The position numbers and the translations under genes are program-made. Below the pieces are notes generated by a model. That model saw only the letters and a list, made by a program, of their open reading frames with translations. It was not told the origin of the DNA and did no database searches. This document shows, piece by piece, positions 17,449-24,779 of a stretch of 24,779 nucleotides of DNA. How positions within the stretch are numbered: the stretch's first letter is position 1; each line of letters begins with the position of its first letter. Source of the DNA: a virus (lineage: Duplodnaviria > Caudoviricetes); IMG/VR virus record IMGVR_UViG_3300027976_000208, positions 1-24,779 of that record. The stretch is one strand, 5' to 3'.

Positions 17449-17978
17449 GAGTTAACGGAAACACACGCGAAACGATTGGGCCGTGGAGTCCCAATATGGT
17501 TTTAGAAATTGCCAACACGGTGAACTATGTGCAGCAGGTGCGCGCACAAAATCCGCAAAGATTTTCACGACCACTACAAATTTTCACATCTCGCATTGTT
17601 GGAACACCCACCCCTATCTCGGGAAAAACCGCAACCGTTGGAGGCGCATCAGCACCTGTAGCGTGGAAATATGATTGGGAGGAGGTTTCATTTAATGCGG
17701 CAAACACCTACGAAATAACGCTTGGGTATCGTCGTACGCGCACACTCGCAGGTTCCAGTGGATGGGCGTACAACGGTTGTGAGGGGCCTCAATCTATCGC
17801 GACTAGCAGCTATGCAACACTGGGGCCAGGAATAACCACAGCCAACATCCCAGCAGGTATGAATTTCAAATCCATCTGTGAAAATACTATAGTGCTGATG
17901 TATGCACTCGAAAGAAATAATGGCGAACCATTTTTTTTCTTCAGTTGTCCAAACGCCATAGATGGTACCTGCGCATGA
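17445..17978 (+). CDS. Putative tail-tip protein
   Basis: 177-aa ORF with ATGA overlap; WKYDWEEV, AYNGCE, ends NAIDGTCA. Confidence 0.55.
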   Translation: MRVNGNTRETIGPWSPNMVLEIANTVNYVQQVRAQNPQRFSRPLQIFTSRIVGTPTPISGKTATVGGASAPVAWKYDWEEVSFNAANTYEITLGYRRTRTLAGSSGWAYNGCEGPQSIATSSYATLGPGITTANIPAGMNFKSICENTIVLMYALERNNGEPFFFFSCPNAIDGTCA

Positions 17979-18265
17979 ATCACATTCCAACAATTGGCCC
18001 GCTTCAACCCATTAACCCACAGATGCAGATGGCTATCAGCGTATTGCAATTGGTGGTGTTGGTTATTGGTGTTGGTGGTGTGTTTGTAACCCTAGGCAGG
18101 AAGGACGCGATCCTTGAACGGCAAGATCGAGACCTAACCGAACTGCGGCAGATTTCGATGGATCTAGTTAAGGCTCAGGTGCTGGGTGCCGCGAACGATT
18201 CAAGGCATCACGATGCGATTGGTGCGCTCGGAATCCGCCTCGAACGCTTGGAGCAGCGCAGATGA
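17975..18265 (+). CDS. Single-TM membrane protein with coiled-coil tail (holin-like)
   Basis: Hydrophobic AISVLQLVVLVIGVGGVFVTL followed by a heptad-like tail ending RLERLEQRR; ATGA overlap at 17975. Confidence 0.6.
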   Translation: MNHIPTIGPLQPINPQMQMAISVLQLVVLVIGVGGVFVTLGRKDAILERQDRDLTELRQISMDLVKAQVLGAANDSRHHDAIGALGIRLERLEQRR

Positions 18266-18798
18266 GGCACGCAGTATGGAGCATTTGGATTCTGCTAGCG
18301 ATCTGCATGGGTGCGTGTTCCGCATCGCATGCTATTGCTGCCGCTGCGAGCGATGTGCAAAATCATGCAGACGCTATAGATCGACTCAGCGTCACCCTGC
18401 AACGCAATGAATACCCAAAGAATGCGCAGGCAATTGGTACGCAAATTCAAGGCGAGGCGCAAGCCATAAAAGAGGCAACAAAAACCATCCACGAATCAAT
18501 CGCGGGCGTTCAAGATGTGGTTCCCGCATGGATGATTCTAATACAATGGATTCTCATTGTTGCAGCGATTTCCGGTGGTATATACCTGCTCAGCGCAAGC
18601 GGGTTGCTAACGGTTATACGATTGGCCATTAACTGGATACCGCGACCTAAGCGCGTTGAAGCGTCGCTTGCTGCCGCAGCGCTAGATCCAGCGCAAGCAG
18701 AATCAACTAGGGAATGGATCGCAGCAAAGCGGGCAAGTGACCCGTTATTTGATCGTGCCTACAAACAGGAGATACAAAATGCTACTAGCAACAATTGA
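18262..18798 (+). CDS. Lipoprotein with an internal transmembrane helix (spanin-like topology)
   Basis: Signal MRHAVWSIWILLAICMGA-C; helical region; TM WMILIQWILIVAAISGGIYLL. Confidence 0.6.
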   Translation: MRHAVWSIWILLAICMGACSASHAIAAAASDVQNHADAIDRLSVTLQRNEYPKNAQAIGTQIQGEAQAIKEATKTIHESIAGVQDVVPAWMILIQWILIVAAISGGIYLLSASGLLTVIRLAINWIPRPKRVEASLAAAALDPAQAESTREWIAAKRASDPLFDRAYKQEIQNATSNN

Positions 18799-18904
18799 AA
18801 GTCTAATCGGTTCTACATTCGCAAGTTTTGCAGCATTGTTTATTGGTTACATTGCTGGCAACATTTTACCTATGCAACGCATTAGCGAATGGTTCAAGAA
18901 GTAA
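18779..18904 (+). CDS. 41-aa membrane peptide missing from the ORF track (holin/antiholin-like)
   Basis: CAGGAG RBS; MLLATIESLIGSTFASFAALFIGYIAGNILPMQRISEWFKK*; fills the gap before 18908. Confidence 0.75.
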   Translation: MLLATIESLIGSTFASFAALFIGYIAGNILPMQRISEWFKK

Positions 18905-18907
18905 ATT

Positions 18908-21760
18908 ATGAGCATGATGCAAGCAGGTTGCTGTTGCGGTGCTGGCGGACTCACTCATGTTCGTGCAGGGTGGTATCACTATTCAGTTATTGAAGCCAGG
19001 GTTGCATACACCTACATTTCTGGTGGTGTTTGTTGCACTGGAGGATACTGGACTGAAAATGCACCGATGATTGCTCCAGCTGGGCATCCGCTAGCGCAAC
19101 CATCCATTCTCGCTGATGTGGTTGATCTGGAATGTGGTGCCTATCACACGATTGCAAGGCTTGCAGATAATTCAATTGTGGCGTGGGGATTAAACCACAA
19201 GGGCCAGTGCGATGTTCCGTCTGGATTGCAATACGGTGCTGGATCACCACACGCAAAGAAGGGTTTAATCATATCCCTGCACTGCGGATACAGCACATCT
19301 GCTGTAATGTTTAGCGATGGAACTGTGTTGTGCTGGGGTGAGTCCGCAGTATCGAGCACTGTAAATGCATGGACTGATCTGATGATAAGTCCTATCCAGA
19401 TGATAGATCAGGATGGAAACACTTCGGGCGGGACATTTGATTACGATAATGTTGATCCGACGAACACCGCATATGCTAAGCCATTGTTTCCACCGTCTAC
19501 TTGGAATCGGAACAAAGATGTGTTTGGTCAGATTTCACACAGCGGATTAGGAAACTACCCCAAGTTTGATCTTGGTTGCGAAACAAATCAAATGTACCCG
19601 CTAAACATGAGTCTAGGTGTTTCATGTTTGCCCGCTGCGAGCAACAACACCGAATCTTGCAATGTGTGTTCATCCAACACACCGCCCTATGACGCTATCG
19701 CGCTTGGAGTACCCTCAGCAGTCGGGAATAACTCATCATGCCTTACATGTGATTCAGTAGTTGTTGCGTCTGATTTCGCTGTGGGTATGCAGAGAACAGG
19801 GCAAATCATTACGAGCAGGGCAACCAACCACAAAACGGGTTCAGCAACAAATTGCAGGGATTGTTCCAACGACAATCGCGTACGCAATTTTCAAAGCTTG
19901 TTTGTTGATTATTCAAAAGACTGCTATCAAGCATTCACAATAACTAAGCCAGCATTTCCAAATTCAACTTGCCCGACTTGCTCAGTAAGTCCTGCACGAA
20001 ATTACACATTTTCTGGAGGTATTGCATCTAGTGATTGGCTTAATTTCTGCGGAGCAGTAAAATGGTGTGCTGGAAATTTTGCTTTTCCGTGCCCGTCAGC
20101 GCAATGCTGGATGAATAGCGTATCTATTCCAAATTGCAATTGCTGTTGTGACGCGTATACTTTGGACGGAACATTTCCCGCATTTCAAAATTGCACCGAT
20201 TGTTCATCAACATCTGCACCCGCTGTTTGGAAGAGATTCGATTATGTTGATGCAAATCCATGTGAATCGGGCAACAACGCCGAGGGAACTGGGTGCATGG
20301 GAGCCGAACACGATTGGGAGAACTATGACCCCAATTGGGCGAAGGCTTGGGGTGCATCGGCTAATTCTGATGGCTCAGCGACAACGGTATCGGCTGGCAG
20401 TATGTTTACCGCAGGATTGCAGGTCAAATACTCGGGAGGTGCAGTGCCTGCGTGGAATGTGAATGCGTCGTGTCAGTTTGCATATGGTTGGAATACCCTA
20501 TTTACCCCACAAAACAACATACACATATGCGGTGCTGATACTTCACCGAGTTACAAATGTAATCCGCAGCAATCAATTACCGCAGTATGCACAGACAGAT
20601 TTCCATCAACTGATGGAGGATCTACTGGCAATGCGTCGTACTATTGTGCTGGTAAGGATAATTCATTAGGCTCAGATTTTTGGTATCCAAAACAAATGTT
20701 TGCAAGCACATTAGTATGCGGTACAAATTCTGCGCATTGGTTAACGCAAGGCTTGCAAGTACCCGAACAATTCTTTTCTGGCGCAAATAATAGTGACGAT
20801 GGTTGTTCAGCAGTCTCACCACAATTGCAGTTACATGACTGCACCGACGCGGCGTATCAACAGCATGAAAATTCTCCGATATTTACATCGGCGACGGTGT
20901 GGGCTCCAGCAGGTATCTTTTACAACGCAACAGATCTTAATGGAAATTACAACCCCTTTTTAGTTTCTGATTGTCCAGTTGCAGGGCCAACACAATATGA
21001 AAATAAAAACTATGTAATGCCAACCAAGGCGTGGGGGCCGATTTCGTTGGCACTGTATAGCGGATTTGGTACATCGTATTTTTCTGAAACTACCGTGTGT
21101 GCGCACTATCGAACTGGCACACTAGAAAAATACCCGCCATTTGTCCCCCGCATGATGGGAGATGTGAATGCGTTCATTTGGTCGTTTGGTGGCGTTGTTG
21201 ACGGAACATGGGGAATACCACCTGAAAAAAATCTATTCTGCAACAATGATCCGAGTGGTTTAGCCGATCATCCTGAAACTATTCCGCACTGTAAAAACTA
21301 TAACGGAACTGGAAAGGTGCAGGCTGTACCTAACTTCTGTTATACCAATCCGCCGATTTCGATGGCTACCAGCCGAGCAGCGTGCATGATTGTTGGTGCG
21401 GTAACACGACAAATGACTAAATTGGTTGGTGGCTTACCAGTTGCAACTGATCCATCAGATAATCAATATCAGATAGATAACTGCTGCAACGGTGTGGAAA
21501 CAGATTACGATGGTTCAACCGTTTCAGTTGCAATTGATTCATGCGCCGTGTGCCAGATGTCCACGGACACGGTGGAAAAATTCGGATGCAACCGCAGTCA
21601 GAGCAGAATGCTCCATGTTTGGGGATCACTGTACGATCCTTGCCCACCGTGGGCAAGGATCGTTACATCGACCTGGACATGGCCAAGCCATCTAACGGGA
21701 ACAACAGTCACGGCAACCAGTGCTCAGGGTATCACTACAACCTATCCCCCCAACTGCTAA
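18908..21760 (+). CDS. Large Cys-rich protein with RCC1/BLIP-II-like repeats; putative receptor-binding or virion appendage protein
   Basis: RCC1-like blades DVVDLECGAYHTIARLADNSIVAWGLNHKGQCDVP and IISLHCGYSTSAVMFSDGTVLCWG; about 53 Cys by hand count; N-terminal GCCCG. Confidence 0.7.
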   Translation: MSMMQAGCCCGAGGLTHVRAGWYHYSVIEARVAYTYISGGVCCTGGYWTENAPMIAPAGHPLAQPSILADVVDLECGAYHTIARLADNSIVAWGLNHKGQCDVPSGLQYGAGSPHAKKGLIISLHCGYSTSAVMFSDGTVLCWGESAVSSTVNAWTDLMISPIQMIDQDGNTSGGTFDYDNVDPTNTAYAKPLFPPSTWNRNKDVFGQISHSGLGNYPKFDLGCETNQMYPLNMSLGVSCLPAASNNTESCNVCSSNTPPYDAIALGVPSAVGNNSSCLTCDSVVVASDFAVGMQRTGQIITSRATNHKTGSATNCRDCSNDNRVRNFQSLFVDYSKDCYQAFTITKPAFPNSTCPTCSVSPARNYTFSGGIASSDWLNFCGAVKWCAGNFAFPCPSAQCWMNSVSIPNCNCCCDAYTLDGTFPAFQNCTDCSSTSAPAVWKRFDYVDANPCESGNNAEGTGCMGAEHDWENYDPNWAKAWGASANSDGSATTVSAGSMFTAGLQVKYSGGAVPAWNVNASCQFAYGWNTLFTPQNNIHICGADTSPSYKCNPQQSITAVCTDRFPSTDGGSTGNASYYCAGKDNSLGSDFWYPKQMFASTLVCGTNSAHWLTQGLQVPEQFFSGANNSDDGCSAVSPQLQLHDCTDAAYQQHENSPIFTSATVWAPAGIFYNATDLNGNYNPFLVSDCPVAGPTQYENKNYVMPTKAWGPISLALYSGFGTSYFSETTVCAHYRTGTLEKYPPFVPRMMGDVNAFIWSFGGVVDGTWGIPPEKNLFCNNDPSGLADHPETIPHCKNYNGTGKVQAVPNFCYTNPPISMATSRAACMIVGAVTRQMTKLVGGLPVATDPSDNQYQIDNCCNGVETDYDGSTVSVAIDSCAVCQMSTDTVEKFGCNRSQSRMLHVWGSLYDPCPPWARIVTSTWTWPSHLTGTTVTATSAQGITTTYPPNC

Positions 21761-21761
21761 C

Positions 21762-22217
21762 ATGAAATCCCAAACAGTTTGGCACAATAAACCATCTGCG
21801 GATTATGTGAGACCCACACCAGCACCTGCACCAGCACCAGCACCTGCTCAAGTACATCTAGGGGTGGGTGAATCTAGGGCGTGGGGGTTTGCCAGCAAGG
21901 CAGGCGCCTATCTAGCCGCCGAGGCACAGCTCGCAGCGCAAGGCCCTGCGAGCGCAGAGGATTACGCTGCACGCGTAGCAATATGCATGGGGTGCGATGG
22001 CAGGGTAGATGTTATGGAGACGCTCACAGACAGCGTGGGATTTTGCACACGGTGTGGATGCACAAGTAAGCGCGCCGCGCTCAGCGTTAAACTAACTATG
22101 CCGACAATCAGTTGCCCGCTGGGGAAATTTGCAGCAGTTCAGGGAACAGGCGCCACCGTAGCCGGCGCCCTAGGTGCTGTCGCTGGGGTGATTGGTTCCG
22201 TTATCAGGCTGATATAA
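21762..22217 (+). CDS. Small Cys-cluster protein (DUF6171-like pattern) with a Pro-Ala linker
   Basis: RVAICMGC...CTRCGC...K...CPLGKF; PTPAPAPAPAPA; hydrophobic C-terminus. Confidence 0.7.
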   Translation: MKSQTVWHNKPSADYVRPTPAPAPAPAPAQVHLGVGESRAWGFASKAGAYLAAEAQLAAQGPASAEDYAARVAICMGCDGRVDVMETLTDSVGFCTRCGCTSKRAALSVKLTMPTISCPLGKFAAVQGTGATVAGALGAVAGVIGSVIRLI

Positions 22218-22401
22218 ACCGACGGTTATTATATTTTTCGAGGTGTTTCCGCAATTTTCGCAATGCGGAAATCTCGCCTATGCGCACTGCCGCGATCGGT
22301 ATCCGCAGTATCAGGGCGGTATCGGGTACCGAGTAGCATGGGTGGTGATAGTGGTTTTGCGCGGTTCCCGCGCGGCCAGGCTTGGTATCGGCTCTAATCA
22401 T
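22204..22401 (-). CDS. Small stand-alone sigma70 region-4-like HTH protein (65 aa)
   Basis: YSVPDTALILRIPIAAVRIGEISALRKLRKHL follows the region-4 pattern; GGAG lies 8 nt before the ATG at 22401 on the minus strand. Confidence 0.6.
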   Translation of the reverse strand: MIRADTKPGRAGTAQNHYHHPCYSVPDTALILRIPIAAVRIGEISALRKLRKHLEKYNNRRFISA

Positions 22402-22445
22402 GTGTGATACTCCAAGGCATGAGATGCGGGTCTGACAATACATAT

Positions 22446-22541
22446 ACGATACTCAAGTATCGGATAGATGCAAGTCGAATATCATAATTTTACGCAATAT
22501 CTTTGTATTTTTATTGTGCGGTGTGTTTTTGCGTGTATATT
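22446..22541. promoter_or_regulatory. Divergent promoter region with a palindromic operator
   Basis: Leftward TTGCAT (22473-22468), N16, TATCGT (22451-22446); palindrome CGATACT-ca-AGTATCG (22447-22462); rightward TTGTGC (22514-22519), N16, TATATT (22536-22541). Confidence 0.5.
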
Positions 22542-22584
22542 GCAGCCTCAGCGTCGGACACAAAACCACAAAAAATGGAACAAC

Positions 22585-22926
22585 ATGCAGGAAACACAGA
22601 CAAAAATCGAACGGTACAGGGTAGAGGATTCGGCGCGATCGATGATTAGGGCGGAATCGGATCGCCTGCACGCGATCAAACTATCGGAGCAGCAGCGGTA
22701 TCTGGCCGATGCTCAAAAATGCCACGACCTGGCGCGTGCCGAGCGCGCAAAATTGCAGGCAGAGCGCGATATCATCGAGCGCGCAAAATGCGAAATATCG
22801 TGCGGGTGGGAGACGCTGGCAACATTCGCCGAGCGCTACGCGTTCAGCGGCGAGTTTGCGAAAATAATCCCGTATATCAACGCATTCCTGAAAAATAGAG
22901 AGGCCGACAATAATGCAAATTTTTGA
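22585..22926 (+). CDS. Hypothetical coiled-coil early protein
   Basis: ATG at 22585 after GGAA; Glu/Arg/Ala-rich helical sequence; overlaps the exonuclease start. Confidence 0.65.
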   Translation: MQETQTKIERYRVEDSARSMIRAESDRLHAIKLSEQQRYLADAQKCHDLARAERAKLQAERDIIERAKCEISCGWETLATFAERYAFSGEFAKIIPYINAFLKNREADNNANF

Positions 22927-23557
22927 AGTTGACCAGGGCAGTGATGAGTGGCGCAAGTTGCGCACTGGAAAAGTCACCGCATCGGTGGTCGAATATGTGG
23001 TAGCCCCCCCACTGCGTTCGGGCGGCGAATCCGCAGGGCGCAGAAATCTGCGAGCGAAAATCATCGCGGAGACAATGACTGGGCAACCGACCGAGTGTAT
23101 TTTTGTTTCTGCGGCGATGAAAAACGGTGTAGAGAACGAACCACTAGCCCGCGCCGCGTACGAAATCGCGCTCGGGTTAACGGTGAATCAGATCGGATTC
23201 GCCCTGCACGCGAGCGTCGAACGATTCGGATGCAGCCCTGATGGTTTGGTCGGTGTTGACGGACTGATAGAAATCAAGTGCCCGTTACCAGCCACACATA
23301 TTAGCTACATGCTTGCGGGCATTCCCGCGCCGGAATATGTGGCGCAGATGCAGGCACAGATGAGCGTGACTGATAGAGAGTGGTGTGATTTTGTATCGTT
23401 TTGTCCGTCGATGCCGTTCCGCCACCAACTTTTCGTGCGCCGTCTGATGCGCGATGACGGTTACATTCTCGGGATGGAATCTGAAATAAAAATTTTCCTT
23501 GCCGAGGTCGATAAAACAATCGAAAGCCTAGACACAATCGAGGTATTTACCCAATGA
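22913..23557 (+). CDS. YqaJ / lambda-exonuclease family 5'-3' exonuclease
   Basis: QGSDEWRKLRTGKVTAS, MKNGVENEPLAR, CSPDGL, LIEIKCP, YVAQMQAQM, WCDFVSF. Confidence 0.95.
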   Translation: MQIFEVDQGSDEWRKLRTGKVTASVVEYVVAPPLRSGGESAGRRNLRAKIIAETMTGQPTECIFVSAAMKNGVENEPLARAAYEIALGLTVNQIGFALHASVERFGCSPDGLVGVDGLIEIKCPLPATHISYMLAGIPAPEYVAQMQAQMSVTDREWCDFVSFCPSMPFRHQLFVRRLMRDDGYILGMESEIKIFLAEVDKTIESLDTIEVFTQ

Positions 23558-24492
23558 ACGAGACACACATCATATCCCCTATCGCAGTCAGTACGGGTTC
23601 GCAAAGTATGCTCGCTACGATTTGCACCGTAGCATCTATAGATGGTGTAGATATAGGTAAGGTTCACCAACTTTTCGCGATGCACCGCGAACTTCTCGAC
23701 CGAGAAGCAGAGCAAAATTTCAATGCGGCGATGGCGCGAACTCAGTCCCAGATGGTGCGGGTTATTTCTACTCACAAAAACACGCAGACCAATTCGAGAT
23801 ATGCAAAACTCGCAGACATCATCGAGCAGATATCTCCGATCTACACAGCAGAGGGACTATCCATTTCATTCGACTCTGAGGATTGCGCTCGCGCAGGATG
23901 GCTGCGCACCGTAGCCATCGTTTCTCATGCTGGAGGATTCTCTCGGAAATATAAAAAAGACATGCCCAACGATTCGGTGGGCACACGCGGAAACGCAAAC
24001 AAAACAGAGATACACGGAGAAAAATCAACCGTAACCTACGCGAGGACTACGCTGATATGCATGATTTTCAACATTCCCGTCGGAGAAGACAACGACGGGA
24101 ACGGATCAAAAAATAGAGGACTGCCACAAGAAAATGTGGACGCTGGAATCTCTGCGCTAGGTGCGAGCGCATCCCTAGACGACCTAAAAAAATTATTCGA
24201 TCAACTCTACCAAGCCGCACAGGAGGTGAATGATACGGCTGCGATGCGAGCATTCATCGAATCGAAAGACTCATCGAAAAAAAGAATCGGCCTACTGCCA
24301 TTAAATAACACGCCTCCGTTCCGAGATATTGTTGACGACTTTATTTTCAAAATCCAAAACGCTACTACCATGGACGGTCTACGGGCGGTTCACAAGGCCG
24401 CGATATCTCTAGCGGTTATAGATGCTGCATCCCTTAAGAAAATAAATGAAGCGAAAAACCTTGCGAAAAAAATCTTGGGAGGAGAAAAATAA
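23554..24492 (+). CDS. erf: ERF-family single-strand annealing protein
   Basis: FNAAMA, YAKLADI, GLSISF, VSHAGG, STVTYAR, EDNDG; paired with the exonuclease. Confidence 0.9.
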   Translation: MNETHIISPIAVSTGSQSMLATICTVASIDGVDIGKVHQLFAMHRELLDREAEQNFNAAMARTQSQMVRVISTHKNTQTNSRYAKLADIIEQISPIYTAEGLSISFDSEDCARAGWLRTVAIVSHAGGFSRKYKKDMPNDSVGTRGNANKTEIHGEKSTVTYARTTLICMIFNIPVGEDNDGNGSKNRGLPQENVDAGISALGASASLDDLKKLFDQLYQAAQEVNDTAAMRAFIESKDSSKKRIGLLPLNNTPPFRDIVDDFIFKIQNATTMDGLRAVHKAAISLAVIDAASLKKINEAKNLAKKILGGEK

Positions 24493-24494
24493 AA

Positions 24495-24779
24495 ATGTAC
24501 TCTACAGACATAGTGATTAGTGCGGTTCAGATTGCTCTTGCGCGGCGCGGGTATGAATATCCGCGTAGGGGCGAGCGCGGTAAAAACACAACGGTTGCAC
24601 GGATCATGGCAGCGGATGCTCTGCACTATTTTTCACGCGCATCCAATTCGGGCGCTGCAACCGCGGTCAACTGTTCAACCGCGAGCGGAAAATCTTTGCG
24701 TCTCAGAGCATCGAGCGAGCAGTGGGGGCGTGATGATCGTGACCTGTGGATCGCGGAAGTGCGAGCTATCATAGATTCA
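24495..24779 (+). CDS. 3'-truncated ORF, possibly a DnaA C-terminal-like HTH protein
   Basis: GGAG upstream, ATG at 24495, open to the window end: MYSTDIVISAV...RGKNTTVARIMAADALHYFSRASNSGAATAV... Confidence 0.55.
   Translation, partial: MYSTDIVISAVQIALARRGYEYPRRGERGKNTTVARIMAADALHYFSRASNSGAATAVNCSTASGKSLRLRASSEQWGRDDRDLWIAEVRAIIDS

Noticed and set aside
18908-21760. DGR target or multiheme cytochrome
   Set aside because: No reverse transcriptase or template/variable repeat pair seen; the CxxC pairs are not followed by His.
22212-22420. Run of short hairpins suggesting an ncRNA or tRNA
   Set aside because: No cloverleaf or T-loop consensus; the interval is better explained by the minus-strand HTH ORF, although a dual role cannot be excluded.
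22468-22584. Upstream start for the 22468-22926 ORF
   Set aside because: The extension runs through the AT-rich promoter region; ATG 22585 is more plausible.
24520-24774. 84-aa ORF from the track
   Set aside because: The overlapping frame starting at ATG 24495 has an SD and abuts the ERF stop, so it is preferred.
1-24779. Window as a complete circular genome, or use of an alternative genetic code
   Set aside because: No terminal overlap between the ends; genes tile normally under the standard code with all three stop codons used.

Overview
The window is most of a tailed dsDNA phage or prophage genome with HK97-like head genes and a lambdoid, non-contractile tail. Almost all genes are on the + strand. 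The order is: SSB-like gene, RepB-type primase/RecA-family helicase, a putative origin, resolvase, HNH, cos-like region, TerS, TerL, portal, protease, two tandem HK97-fold capsid paralogues, head-tail joining genes, tail tube, chaperone with a -1 frameshift, short tape measure, two tail-tip genes, three membrane/lysis-type genes with no recognisable endolysin, a 950-aa Cys-rich RCC1-repeat protein with a small Cys-cluster partner, a divergent control region with a small sigma70-region-4-like gene, and a YqaJ exonuclease/ERF recombination module. No integrase, tRNA, rRNA or CRISPR array was seen. The most unusual signals are (i) the two capsid paralogues, each preceded by a switch-like structured leader (the first looks like a promoter plus terminator/antiterminator attenuator), (ii) a predicted pseudoknot just upstream of the SSB-like gene, (iii) the Cys-rich RCC1 protein and its partner, (iv) a TerL N-terminal region without a canonical start codon, and (v) a GGTGGTGG/CCACCACC double hairpin after the primase-helicase. 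All calls come from reading motifs and pairing bases by hand; no database search or folding program was run.
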